The notes under the pieces are model-generated. The model saw only the letters and a list, made by a program, of their open reading frames with translations, had not been told where the DNA came from and searched no databases. Position numbers and translations under genes: made by a program. A stretch of DNA of 64,000 nt, taken from positions 10,168,001 to 10,232,000 of the forward strand of contig CM022679.1 in NCBI GenBank assembly GCA_012295275.1. Direction: 5' to 3'. Source of the DNA: Chrysomallon squamiferum (Eukaryota; Animalia; Mollusca). Positions 1 through 14,534 of the stretch are shown here, one piece after another; positions within the stretch are counted from its first letter, which is position 1, and every line of letters begins with the position of its first letter.

Positions 1-405
1 AGTAAGTTCTGCAAAGAAAATACTCAGGGATATATTTTAGTGCTCAGGAATTTTTCAGTAACAGTTTTGACTGTTAATATCTCTGAATGAAAAACAATAC
101 AAATTTTTAACCAAGAAAACAAAAGAAAAAAAAGAAAAAGCTTAATTTTATACTAAAAAAAAAAAAAAAAAAAAAAAGAAAATATCCCGAGAATTAAACA
201 AAATTATATATCCATTATAAAAACAAAATAAAAGATAACCTTTAAAATATTAAAAAAAAACCATTTCCTTTCTTTTACTTATACCCATTTAATAACTGAT
301 ATATATCACACCTATCTGTGTTATAAAAGTGCTATAACAAATATAAGAATACTATAACACCATTAGTTACCAAATTTAAATGGTTCTATTACGGTGTGTA
401 TTTGC

Positions 406-406
<1 letters not shown>

Positions 407-465
<59 letters not shown>
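407..465. repeat. (AAT)n microsatellite
   Basis: Perfect trinucleotide run. Confidence 0.95.
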
Positions 466-468
<3 letters not shown>

Positions 469-478
469 TGTTATTTAC

Positions 479-576
479 CTTTTTCATCTCTGATTTCAGT
501 GGAAGCACCATTTTCAAGAAGCAACCTCATCACCTCAGTGTTACTCATAAGAGCAGCTTGATGTAGAGCTGACATT
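479..576 (-). CDS. CASKIN: Caskin coding exon 3 (ankyrin repeat); gene continues beyond the left edge of the window
   Basis: 98 nt, tttcag|A...G|gtaaat. Translates (G)MSALHQAALMSNTEVMRLLLENGASTEIRDEK(G), matching Caskin [34 protein letters not shown]. Its phase-2 start fits exon 2. Confidence 0.93.
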
Positions 577-599
577 CTGAAAAAGTAAATATTAAATAG

Positions 600-990
600 T
601 ATCAGAGCTTTCTGAAATTATACCAAATTGTAGAGCATTCTAAAGTAATATTAAATTATAGCGCTTTTTGAAATAATACTAAATTGTACAGCATTCTAAA
701 GTAATATTAAATTGTAGAGCATTCTAAAGTAATATTAAATTGTAGAGCATTCTGAAATAATATTACATTGTAGAGCTTTCTAAAGTAATATTAAATTGTA
801 GAGCATTCTGAAATAATACTAAATTGTAGAGCATTCTAAAGTAATATTAAATTGTAGAACATTCTGAAATAATATTACATTGTAGAGCTTTCTGAAATAT
901 TACACTGTAGAGCATTCTGAAATATTAAATTGCAGAGCATTCTGAAATACAAATTAATCATAAATTCTAGAGCAGACATTCTTGAATATT
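600..990. repeat. 28-bp minisatellite, ~13 copies (TGTAGAGCATTCT(G/A)AA(A/G)TAATATTAAAT)
   Basis: Unit starts at 629, 657, 685, 713, 741, 769, 797, 825, 853, 881 (period 28), degenerating at both ends. Confidence 0.92.
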
Positions 991-2376
991 AAGTATTAAA
1001 TCCATAAACAGTGTTAAAGTGAAAAGAATTCCAAAATAATAAATCCACCAAAATTCTGAAATAAAAAGAAAAATACTGAACTCTTCTTGAGCAGACCTGA
1101 AATAACAGTCAACTATACAGCACATATTAAATAACAACAAATATTTAACTGCAAAGGATATGAGATCAGAGCTAAACAATTAAGTATGGATAAATAATAA
1201 AATTACTGATTCATTTTTTTTTTTCTGTATGTTAAGACTAAATTACAAGGCAACATTTAGCCAGAGGCAATGAACAAAATTTGTTTTAAAAAATTAAAAG
1301 AATGATTATCATCAACAGCATCTAGTTAACAAAATAACAATGATAAAGTATAATGTTGTATGCAATGCCAAGTTATTACCCAGCTTAAGGGTTCCAAAGT
1401 TATTACTTCTATTGTTTATTTATTTATTTGTTTGTTCATGTATTTGTTTATTTGTTTATTTATTTTAATGTTATAAAAATAACAAGTCTTGCAAAAAATG
1501 ATATTTTATGGGTACAGGTGATATAAAAAATTTCAAGGATTAACTGATAATGTCACCAAATGACAAATCAAGATGAAAACATAAATGTCATTTTTTTGTG
1601 TGTTTCGACAAAATGATCAATAAAATTAAATTAAATGTCTTTTATGTCCTTAAATTAATTTTATTTATATTTTTGTCCAAACACATAAGTACATGTGACT
1701 CATATACTAATTCATATACACACGCATTCATACACAAACATATATACACCGATGACACACCCCCACCTAAAAACACATATACACTAAAATAATACACATA
1801 ATAATTATTACGGTTTATAATATATTTGATTTACAAGGTAAACAGAGTTACTTCCCTTGGCAAATACAAATTATTGTTATTATTTAATAGATTTGTTTTG
1901 CCTAAAATTAATACCAGTCTTCCATAATACATTTAATTTAAAATCTTGATATGAAACTTAAATGAGTAATTGACAAAGTCATTAAACTGCCCCTAATATA
2001 GTATCTTTTATTTAAATATAAGGTAATATGTTAATTAAATTCAGAGTAATATTTCTTGTAATTAACTGGAATATGGTACATATTAACAATCACATAATAT
2101 ATTCTCTTTTCAAAATACTTAACTAGAATGGCATTTATTATCTTCTTTTTTTTAAAATTTAATAAATATATCATTTAAAAGAGTAAAATATTGTTTTAAT
2201 TAATCATTTTATTATTCAGAATAAAATATCAACTGACAATTATATATTTTATTTCAAAGATATTAAAGTGGCATTTATTTCAAAAATAATAAAAAGAATT
2301 GGCATTTTTTTCTTCATTATTGTCTGTGTGTATAGGTGCATAGTTATCACTTGATTGATCTATTTATAATATAAAA

Positions 2377-2433
<57 letters not shown>

Positions 2434-4136
2434 AAATTAACAGGAAAAAAGTATTTATAATAAAAAAAAATTAAAATAAATATAAAAAGATGTATATATA
2501 ATAAAATACTAAACAGGAAAACTCTATATGTAATTAAAAAAAAACAACAACAAGAAAACAAATAGATAAAATATATGAAATTAGCAGGTAAAATCAATCA
2601 GACATGAAACTGAAATAATGTTGTTTTTTTGTTGTTGTTTTCTACATTTTCTTCCTCCCAGTAGTACATCAGCTAATTCTTATTCCTTTATTTTTATTAT
2701 TTATTTATTTATTTATATGCTATTGCTTTTATTATTATTATTATTATTATTAATAGTAGTAATATATTTATTACTGTATTTGTTTTTTCAGCACCTAACT
2801 CAACCGTAACACCGATATTTATTTTGTACTTCCATTTACTCATTAGTTACATTTTTCTTTCTTTCCATGTTTCCGTAATAAAAAAGCAAATCTAAGTCAA
2901 TAAACAAGTTGAACGGTAACACACAATTACCTCTTTTATTAACCTGATTTAGTCGAACCTTTTCACTCGCCACAATTTAACACGGTTCAGTGAATTCAGT
3001 TAATAAATTGTTAGATTTGTCTGCAGTTGCTTTATAAAATAATTACAAAATCTGAGTCAGCAGTAGTAATATGAGCTTTGTAGCTAATGAAAAATATGTA
3101 TTTTATTTAATGATTCATATAAAGGAGTTGTATATAGATCCTGCCATTATTTTAATGAGTATGACAGAAAAAGCCTGTAGCTTTCACTCCATCAGTTGCC
3201 TCTTAATCAAATTGTTAAAAATTTATGAAGAATACACCCTGTAGTTGTATTCCATAAAACAGCAGCATACACAGATACTGTAGTATAATTTCAGATACTG
3301 TAGTACAATTTCAGATACTGAAGAAAAAAAAAAATTAATAATTGTTTTGGTATATACCCTCACCCTCCTGAAATACTGAACTAGGAGTGGATTCTGGGTT
3401 CAATCTGAAGCCTCAGAAACTGAAAGACTAAATTAAAAAAAAAAAAAAAAAAAAAAGGAAATATGACTGCAATAAATTCTTGACTCCCTATTCTAGAACT
3501 TTATAAATAGCTGACATGGCTTCATTTATGTCATGAAATTTTAATATCAATGCAAAGAATCATCAGAATGCTCTATTATGGAAACACTGTCCAAAACTGT
3601 CGTAAAGAAATGATACCTCATGTGAGGGAATCGGCCAGTAATGAAGTAAGAAATGGTGGCAGAACAGTGCCATACTGTAGAAGGCACCAACATGCTGGTC
3701 TGTCCAAAAGGTGGATGAATGCATCACTGCTGGGTCAAAGAATTGACAGAGAATTTTTATATCATTTGATCCAAAATGGAAGAAATCTAAGGACAGGTGG
3801 AGTTTTTTCTATTTCTAAGTAACAGCATATTATCTTTTACACGTATTTTTATGTAGACAGAGATACCCTACTACTTCCACACACTATTAGATATGCTTAT
3901 AAATTGGTAGTGAAGTATCTTATTTACATCTTCATGCAGGCTCAGCAGTACATACCATGATCTTTGAAATGTTAGTCACAGAGACCTGGTGGATTAGGAA
4001 TTAAATCATAGTGTACACTGAAGAGAAGAGATCCATGAAGTCTTTGCTTTCTGAACAGCAGAATAACATTAGTTAACTGTGCACTGGAATAATGTCATTT
4101 GTTTTCTCCTGTTTTAAATTAATATCTTTTTTGGAT

Positions 4137-4176
<40 letters not shown>

Positions 4177-6325
4177 TTAGTTTATTAAATGACAAATTTC
4201 ATTATTTTGTTTATATTAAGTTTTTAAAAGATAGTTAAAATTCAACAAATACTTTAAGGTTATTTATAATTTGAGAAAAGCACAAGAGAATAAAATGTTT
4301 TAAAAGTCAGGAACAGATGAAGAAAGAAAATGAAAAAAAAAAAAGACCAAAAAAAAAAAAAAAAAAAAAAAATCTCAACACAAGGAATTTTTTTATAATT
4401 TCTACAAAATTAGCAGATGGGTTTATAAATAAATAAAAATTGGAAAATCTATACCGATTTTAAAAACAGAGGAACAAAAAAGAAAGAAAAAGACATAACA
4501 AAAAAAAAAAAAAGAAAAAATAGAGATGGCAAAAAGAAAACTGAAAATGAGAGAAAAATGAAGGAACAATTTAAACTACAACAAAAAAAATCAACACCCA
4601 TCTGAGATTTAATTATTTTACTGTCAGTTCAGCAACAACAACAAAAAATCTCAGATAAGCTGTCAATGGTTCTGAACCATGGATGTCAGTATGTCTGTCT
4701 TCTTGTTTTCTCTTTACACGACAAGCAAGTTAATAGATTTCTAAATTATAATCCAGTTGCGGTTTTTTTTTCCCATCTCAAATCTTGTTTCACAGAAGCT
4801 TAAAGGACAATTTTGAAAAACAAATAAAAAAAATAAAAAAATGTATTAAAGTTTGATATAAAATTCTGAAGATGTATGAAGTAGTATAAAATGAATGGCT
4901 GTATGTGCATGTTTAAAACTTTCTGGATATGTAATGTATGTGTGTAAATATAATAAAATAAAATAAAATAAAATAATAAATAGTACTTTTAATAATTTAA
5001 TACATTTTTTTAAATCTGCAATTTATTTTACTGTAGAAAGTAATCGATTTAAATTTAGTTTGATTTAATATAATTTTGATTTAATTTTGATAAAAAATTT
5101 AATTTAATTTAATTTAATTTATTTTTAAAAATTCATCCTCAGAATTAAACAATGAGGATAGTTCTACATACAACAACACAGCACACCTTCAACTTCGCCC
5201 ATTTTTTGCTGACACATGATGAACATTATGATTATAACAATAGCTACACACACACACACACACACATGATATACTTCCATGTCAGCTAACACTGACATAC
5301 ACACACACACCTGTCAAACAAACAGTTCATACTAATTTTATCTGGACTAGAGACTGAGAAACATTTATGTTCGGTTGTAAAAGCAGACTAAAATGTTCTG
5401 TTTATCTGCAATTTGTCTCCAACTCTGATTTATTTAGCAGAAAGACCATCCTTGTAGTTTTAACAAGACATCTTGTGTTTTTTTTTTTTTGTTGGTAAAT
5501 TAAAAGCTCGGGTTTCACTGGTTTTTGCAGCACTTGAAATACAATGCTGTAGGTATTACATACAGTGTTATTCTGTCTTTTTAAACGTGCCTGTAAGCTT
5601 GTGGAGTTCTGTAGCCATTTTTTTTAAAAAAGAAAGAAAGAAAAAAAAGATTGAAAAAAAAACATCAATGACAATCTGTAATTTAAATGCTTAAAAAGTA
5701 TTGTTTCTAAATCTGCTAAGTTGAAATGAAGCCCGTTTCTCTTCATTTTCACATGTTAAAATTATATTAAGACATTTAAAATGCCAATATTTAGTGTTAT
5801 CTAAGAATGGCTTTAATTTTTTGACACTTTTGTCAAGAAACCCTTTTTATTGCAGTAGTTAAAAAAAGTGTTTTTCTTTGATTTTTTTTTTTTAAATTTT
5901 CTGCACACTTCACAAAATTTGTGTGCACGAACATTTATGAAAATTTTGAGTGAGATTAATGTAGGTCTGCCTGAAACTTCAGTATTTGATCACCATGCTA
6001 AACAATTTTAAAATACATCCTTTAATAAATATTCCTTTGAGAATATGCCATCTTTTATTTGCAGAGTTAACAAAATTAAAAAAAAAAAATAATAATTAAA
6101 TTAAAATGTTTAACAGAAGTTTAAAAATCAGTAAATAAATGTAGTGTGTGTGTATTTATGTATGTGTGTATGTATGTATGTATGTATGTATGTTTATGTG
6201 TATGTGTATGTGTGTTTGTATGTATGTTTTCATGTTGCATTTATGTAAAAAGTCATACATTATATGCATATGCACATGCATATAATTACCATACAACATG
6301 CAAAACATACATACCAAACAACACA

Positions 6326-6375
6326 CTAACACACACACACAAACACATCCACACACACACACACACAAACACATC

Positions 6376-6465
<90 letters not shown>
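6326..6465. repeat. (AC)n microsatellite
   Basis: Long, slightly interrupted dinucleotide run; explains the overlapping HT/CV ORFs. Confidence 0.95.
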
Positions 6466-6469
<4 letters not shown>

Positions 6470-7767
6470 AAAAGGCAGCACATGTATGCACTTATCTAGT
6501 GAACCCTGACAATGATGAAGCTTAACATTCTTTTCAAACATAAACCTGACTACCTTACACACAGTTTATAGTCTTAAAAACAGAATAAAGAAGTAGGTAT
6601 GGCAGACAATTAGTTGTATTTATCTGGTCAGTCAGATGTGGACAGTGGCCAGTATGAGCCTGTCCAACTGTCACCTTGACCACACAAATACCTGCTGACC
6701 TTTGAACTCTGACGGGCTGACCAGCACCTATTATTTGTGCTAAGACCATAAATGTGTATAAAACTGACCAACAAAAAGTAAATCTAACTCCTGTGTATTA
6801 GTACTTCAAGTAACAAAAATCATAAACACTTCAAGGCAATATATACTGTTTCTTTCTATGTGTTTGTTTTTGTGCAGGTATTTGTTTAATCAAGGTGTGC
6901 AATAAAAAGTCCTATATATATATATATATATATATATGCAGTTAAGATAATAATGTCGTATGTGATATACAAAACAATAAACGACAGTGTTACAGAATAA
7001 CTTATCTTTATTACCTGTCTTTTAAAGCAGGAATTTACCTTAAGTATAAATATTGGTTTCATTGAAGCAATGCTTGGATTCTGAAGTTCTTTTATGCTAT
7101 TTCTACAAGCTTTTCATTTTTATTCGGTCTGTTATTATTTTGTTTTCCTTTTTTGTTGTTATACTTCAAGAGTTGTATGTACTCACGTTTGAAAAGAAAA
7201 ATCTACAAATAATATTATGTGAGAGACACAAATGCTAATTGAAAGAGAAATGTCAATGTATTTTTTCCATTTCTAAATAGTTTACATTCCTTATTGGATA
7301 TACACAGTATCCCAAGAGATACTGAATTATAAGAAGCTGGGTATTCTTTTTCCTTCTGTTTGTCCATCTGTTTGTTTATTTTTCTTATTCTGTCATATGT
7401 AAGCACAGACACCTACTGTGAATATAAAAACATGTTGGGGTTTTATTGAAATAACACAGCATTCAGTAAGAGGATTTGTTTTCAGCTGTTAGAATTGGTC
7501 CAGTTTTAAGTGACAAACATGACATGGTAATTTTTCAATGTTTTTTTTTAATAAAACAACTCTCTTTGCATAAATGTAAACAATGAAATCTTCATCCACG
7601 TTTTTAGTATCCATTCCAAAACGGAATAATATGTTTTTAATTTCAAAAATGTGTAATTAAAGGTATTTAAAAACTCTGAGAAAGACGTAAACACAAATCA
7701 GAAAATAATTAGTATATAGCATTTCTATGCTTGGATGGGTATATATCAATAAACCTACTTAAACCAA

Positions 7768-7808
<41 letters not shown>

Positions 7809-8889
7809 TATAAATTTAAAAAGAGACCATCATTACTTATTTGATTTTTTTCTTCTTTTAAAATCAGAACATAAAAACTTACTGATCCATTTGCTGAATT
7901 TTCTGGTTCACTTACCTGCCTGTGATATACTAAGGGCATGGGAAATTCCATTTAGTCAAAGCTCCCATTGTACACTCCTGTCTGCCTGGAAATACTTTAC
8001 CCCAGGATACCCCATCACAATACCAAGTGAGTGAATGCAGAAACTGTACTTGGACTAAAAACTAATGACTATATCAAAGCCAAATTTGTTTAATCGTGTC
8101 TTCACTTTTGCTATCATGTGAAAGAAGATGTGTGGTATTTTTGTATTTAAAAAAAAAAGATATTTGTCTGTGTAAATTATTTGAATTTTTCTCATTTTTT
8201 TTTTTTTTTTTTTTTTATATTTAGTATTTATTTTTGAAAGCAATATTTGTAATCTGTTTTACAAATATATTCACACATATGCAAGTTATTTAAAACAAAA
8301 ATTAATAATAATAATAACAATAATAATGTCCAAGAGTGCACTTGTGTATATTATGTTAATATATGGATGAATGTGTGTGTATATATATATATAGATATTA
8401 TCATTATGTTACCATGAACACATCATTTATTAGTGTAGATATGTAGGTGTGTATTTATGGAGGTATGCATGTCAGTATATGTTTTGTTATGCATGTTATT
8501 AGTATATGTGTATGTATGTATGCTGTTAGGCATATATTTATCTGTGTGTGTATGTGTGCCTGTATAAGTACTAACCTATGTCTACATATACATATATTCA
8601 CATATTCATAGGTAGATATTTGGAATAACAACATATTTTTAAGCTACCTATATGTAACTAGGTGCGTACTTACAAAGATGATTTTTATTTTTAAATGATA
8701 TTAAATAATTTACATTAACCTAAACAAGGCCTCCTGCTTTACCTGACCTTCGAAAATCACTCATTAATGAAACAAAATCTATGTATGCATGCAACATTTG
8801 TTGAGCTGTGGGACGGATGTGAATATGTTTGCTATTGAACATATGTCATAATATCTTGTATCAAACACACAGCCTCATGAATACTGTTC

Positions 8890-9110
8890 TATATATAGAT
8901 AGAGAGATAGAGAGATAGATAGAGAGATAGATAGATAGATAGACAGATAGATAGATAGAGATAGATAGAGATACAGATATAGATAGATAAATAGATAAAA
9001 GAGATAGATAGAGATACAGATATAGATAGATAAATAGATAAATATATATATATATATATGACACACATATACACACACATACACACACACACACACATAC
9101 ATATATATCC
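8890..9110. repeat. Compound (ATAG)n/(AT)n/(AC)n microsatellite
   Basis: Seen directly. Confidence 0.9.
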
Positions 9111-9434
9111 ATATTTCTCTAATATACATACACACAACACACAGATATAAAATAATGTTTTCATGGTAGTGAAGATAAATTAAGGTAAATGTGTTTAACT
9201 GTGTACCAGTATTGCCTGGATTATGCATGGATGGAATAACATGTACGACTGAATAACATTATCAATAAATTAGAAGTGAATAAAATGATTACAATTGTAT
9301 TAAATATATAAAGTGTGTGTGGATGTAACTGTGTGAATATTTCAAAAATAATAATAATTCTGTATCTGTATTTCTTAGTGAGGTAAATAAATACAGTTTG
9401 ATAAAGAACTTTTTATGTCATCTTTGTAACAACG

Positions 9435-9467
<33 letters not shown>

Positions 9468-10584
9468 GTAATAAAAATAGTAATAGTAATAAAAATAATT
9501 TAAAAAAATAATAATATAGTAATATAACAAAATTATCGAATAACAGTATCACCATTACCACCACTGTTATCTAAACATCATCATCAAAATCATCATCATC
9601 AAAAACATCATCATCAAAATCATCATCATCGTCGTCACCACCATCACCACTATCATCATCATCATCGTCGTCGTCGTCGTCATGAAGTGAAGTGAAATAT
9701 GAAATATTGTCAACAGATAGGACATGGGTACTTGGCTGTCCTGTGCTAATCCTGTGCGTCTGACAGAAAGCTAAGAGAAGAGTTGACAGAGGACTCAGAG
9801 TTAGAAGCAGCAGTTAAAATCAATATGTGAACTGATCAGCTGCTGTTTTCACGGATTAAACAATGGAGCGGATGTATCAACAGTTTAAAAAATTTAAAAA
9901 TTTAAAAATTTTAAAAAATGGGTTTAATGGGGGAAAATATGTCCCTAATCGATTCATTATTGTATGGTCAAACCAATATTAGAATGGTCTTTTCAATACT
10001 GATATTTTTATTAATATTCATTATTTAATTTTTATTTTGTTGCCATTTGTTTTCAGGCATCCCTCTTTTCCTTTGTTCTTTGTTCTTCTTATTTTTCAGA
10101 AAGCTTTGTCTTGACTGAATTTATTGTTAAAAAAGACGTGAGTAATTATACTTTATTTAATTAAGTTAAAAAAAACAACACCCAAAACCAGACCTTGTGG
10201 CAAAAACATAACAATTTTTAATCCTTTTTATAAATTTTCATCTGACATTTTGTACATTTCTAAACAACTTTAATATTTCATCCTTTTCTGTAATTTCCAT
10301 ATTTTAAATTATTATTTTTTCTTCTATTTTTTTTTAAAAAAAAAAAAAAAAGGAGAAAAAGATAAACAGTCTGTAAGAATTAAATCTAAATATTTAAAAT
10401 AATGGGTTTTCTCTAGAGTGAGGAGATACACTCTTAGTGGGGGTTTGATCTCTTCACATTCTGTGGGCGCACAGGTTAGAGTAACATGCAGAGCATGAAA
10501 CACAGTACGTCTGTAATCAAATGTTCATCTTAGATAAGTATGATTGAAATGCATGAATACAGAGATATGGAATTGTACATGGAA

Positions 10585-10798
10585 TTGTATATACACTCAT
10601 ATACATATATACATACATACATACAAAAATACATACATACATACATACATATATAAAATCTACATACTTACATACATACAAAAAATGTACATACATACAT
10701 ACATACATACATATATACATATATATAAACGTACATACATACATACATATATATATACAAACGTACATACATACATACATATATATATACAAACGTAC

Positions 10799-10829
<31 letters not shown>

Positions 10830-10912
10830 CAAACATACATACATATATATATACATACAAACATACATACATATATATATACAAACGTACATACATACAT
10901 ACATACATACAT
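10585..10912. repeat. Compound (TACA)n/(TA)n microsatellite with ~30-bp higher-order units
   Basis: Recurring ACAAACGTACATACATACATACATATATAT blocks. Confidence 0.9.
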
Positions 10913-12227
10913 GCAGACACCCATCCACACCTACTGATATACATACATATACAAATGTTTATAATCAACTATACATTCATGTATATAAACATTCAGATAC
11001 AAACATAAATCCACACATCCATCTGTCTAGCCATCCTTATATGCAAAAATATACACACATCAAAACTTACTCATAAAGACACACACACACAAAAGCATTC
11101 ATTTAATTACTATAAACGTACACTCACACACACACACACACAGAGCTTAGGTACACACAAGTCAGATACAATGTCACAGGCAGATGACATAGATAAGATA
11201 ATCTTGGAGTATATCTTGTAATGTCTTACAATAACAGATGTGGTCGTGATGTAACAGTTATTCAGGGTCTGTCCAGTTTACATTTCTTCATGGCCAGTGA
11301 CCTGATAAAGTCTATAGACATTCTACCTGCTTGTGTTACATTTACCTAAAGGATTTCTTTTATGTAATCCACGAAATAATAATAATAATTATAAAAACAT
11401 AATTAACATGAGCTTTGTGAGTGGTAATGACTTTTTGACGAAATGGTTTTCTTTAGAAAACATGTTTAGAGATTATGAAGATAGTGGAGGGTGTGTTGTG
11501 AACATGTACATCTGTGTGAAGATTTCTGTACAAACATGTTGGGTTTTTTTTGTCTGTTTTTAGGTATGTGTGTGTGTGTGTGTGTGTGTGCATATGCATG
11601 TGGGTGTGGGTGTGGGTGTGCATGTCTAAAATGCAACTGCAGGCGTACCATCATTGATGTAAGTCTATATATGATTGTGACAGTGCATATTTTCTATTCA
11701 TTTGTGCTTGAGTTGTGTTTGAATATGTGGCCATATATTTCTTTTATATACAGTTGTGTGTGCATTACAGGTATTTGATTGTGTTTGTGTGTGTGTGTGT
11801 ACGTATTACATTGCATGTTTTATGAATGTGCATGTATCATGGTATGTTTTTCATTTAAAACTGCATTTGAAACATCATAAAAGCAACAGAACAAGAAATA
11901 ATAAACTTGTCATCTGCAAGGTAGTAAAAAAATACACACAATATAAACCTCTCCAAGTGTTAATTATTATTATTAGAAAACATGGATGTTCTCTGTGATT
12001 ATGGGTGGATCTGTAACATGTGTTAACACCCACCCACACAATACACATACATGATACTCTATTATTTACTGTGATAATTGTGTGTGGGATTTTTGTACAG
12101 AGGTTATTATTAAACCGAAGAATTATTTTATACGTATAAAATTATTTCGTAATAAGGTAAAATGAGAATCTAGTTTTTAAATTTTAACTTAAGAATAAAC
12201 TAAAAAATAAATAACTGTTTTAATTTA

Positions 12228-12367
<140 letters not shown>

Positions 12368-13227
12368 AATGAATAAATGTATAAATAAATATAAAAATAA
12401 CTGGAAAAAAAACAAACAACAAAGTAAATAAAATTGAAAGCAACAGTTTGGTTGTGTTGTTGGGAGATTTTGGAGGTTTTTAAAAATATTTTTATTGTTA
12501 TCATTATAATTAACAATTTTTTTTATTATTCATCAGTGCATAAAACCTTTATGGTCATATATAACAAACTATATGTTTAATGTCATCTCAATGACAATGA
12601 ACCCAGTTATACCACCAAACTGTATAAACTTGTCCCAGACAAAAGCAAAACCCACACAGAACCTAACCTTCTACACCAAGTCACCCCAATGACCACTATA
12701 TTACATGACTTTACAACCCAGCAAACTGTTACAGCACACTGTGTCACCATAATGTCACCACTAGGACATCAGCTCACATTAACATTTGTTCAGCAAAAAA
12801 TCACCTAAGTTTGGATCAGAGCCAGTTTGCTACGAGAGACCCTTGAACCAGTTGCATATAATGCGTATATGTACCAGCCACACATGCATAATGTGTTCGT
12901 ATCACACGAGTACACGAATGATTCACCAGTGAAGTAACTTGTAACTTACTGTGACAGGTTTACCTTTTGACTCTCTCACTGTTAATGTCTGCGGTTAGGT
13001 AATGTTTGGAAATAGTTTATCCAGTATTTTAATTTTCACATTATGATTATCTTTGGGAATTTTATGAAGGAAGATCAAAAATAAATATTCAATGATATTA
13101 GGTTTTCATGGAAGTATTTGTTTAAAACACATGTGATTATTTTGAAGTGAAAAAAATAAAATGAATGTATATATGTGTGTATATGCAAATGTGTAGTAAT
13201 AGAAATGAGTATTTACAGCAAATAAAA

Positions 13228-13288
13228 TGAACCCTTAAATATGCTCATTTTGGTGGTGCCTGACTGTGTGTGCATTTTGATGGGTTAA
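13228..13288. mobile_element. Degenerate ~53-bp piggyBac-like MITE
   Basis: TGAA|CCCTTAAATATGC ... GCATTTTGATGGG|TTAA: imperfect 13-bp inverted termini with CCC/GGG ends and a TTAA-like target. Confidence 0.4.
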
Positions 13289-13610
13289 TGGTTTATATAG
13301 ATAAATTCTAAAATATATATATGTATATATATATTTACCTATGAGTTTATGCAAGAGTATGTATGGTCATAAGTACTTAAGTATGTTTGTATATCTGTCG
13401 GTATGTATGTACATAATAAAATTCCACAATCAAGATTTCTAATAACATTCACATTCCATTCACGTCTTCATATTTTCATTTTTAATACTTTTAATCTATA
13501 AAAAAAAAAAAACTTCACTTCAAATTATGACACATTTGTTTTGACAGCTGTATCAACATAATTCCATTTTATTCACAGGGGTTTATTAAACCAAATATAT
13601 CACCTGATTC

Positions 13611-13665
<55 letters not shown>

Positions 13666-14534
13666 TATCTGGCACAGAGTTTATAACCAACATATATTAT
13701 TTGCCTACTCAACAGCTGGCAGTTGTGGTATGCATGATGTAACTACTGCTCTAGGTACAGATGCATGAAGCTATCACCGAGGATTGGAAACAGCACCCAT
13801 GACGGTGAAGTGTGTGGTATATCTAATTTAGTCCATGGGAGAAAATTTCTGATCACAGTGATAAACTATCTCAGGATCAGCAGCTTAAATTGTTTTCACC
13901 TTTCAGCAATCTTTTTTTTTTTTTTTTTTTTTTTTTTCACTTTCTTCCATTTTTTTAATTTTATTTTATTTTATTTTTTTTTTTTTTTTTTTAAGTTCAG
14001 TCAAAATGCAAGTGTAAAATTTTTTTAAAATCTTATTATTTATTCTGATATCATGACAGATTATTATCATTTTATATTTAAATATTTATTTTGCTGAAGA
14101 AATTCTTAGCTAAGAGCAAGTGAATAGATAAACTTTTCTGTTGACTTTTTCTTTAAATAGACATTTATCAGTTTCAAGGAGGAGAAATGTTAATCATACA
14201 GTGAGATAATTCTCTTTTAAGTTTTGTTTTATACCCTTGTTAAAAAGTCTAAGCATAGCCAGTTATATATTAATATATGTAAATGTATTTCAAACAGAAT
14301 AGTCAAAAAATCTGTATATTACTTAGCATTATAAGTAATACATATTTATTTAAATTCACTATTATTATTATTATTATTTTATTATTATTATTATTATTAT
14401 TATATTTCTTGTTATTATTACACTCACAAACACACACTTTATTTATCTGTAACTGTTTATTATAAAAGTCACATTACTCTTACAAATACATTATTAGCAA
14501 ATAAAACATTCATTTCTATTATCATGTTATCAAA

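Noticed and set aside
600-990. 28-bp array as a CRISPR repeat
   Set aside because: Head-to-tail units without spacers.
3550-3822. 90-aa ORF in a GC-richer patch
   Set aside because: No recognisable motif; more likely a decayed interspersed repeat.
6146-6562. Overlapping Cys/Val- and His/Thr-rich ORFs (also at 8.9, 10.5, 41.4, 44.8 and 46.2 kb)
   Set aside because: Translations of (AC)n/(TACA)n microsatellites.
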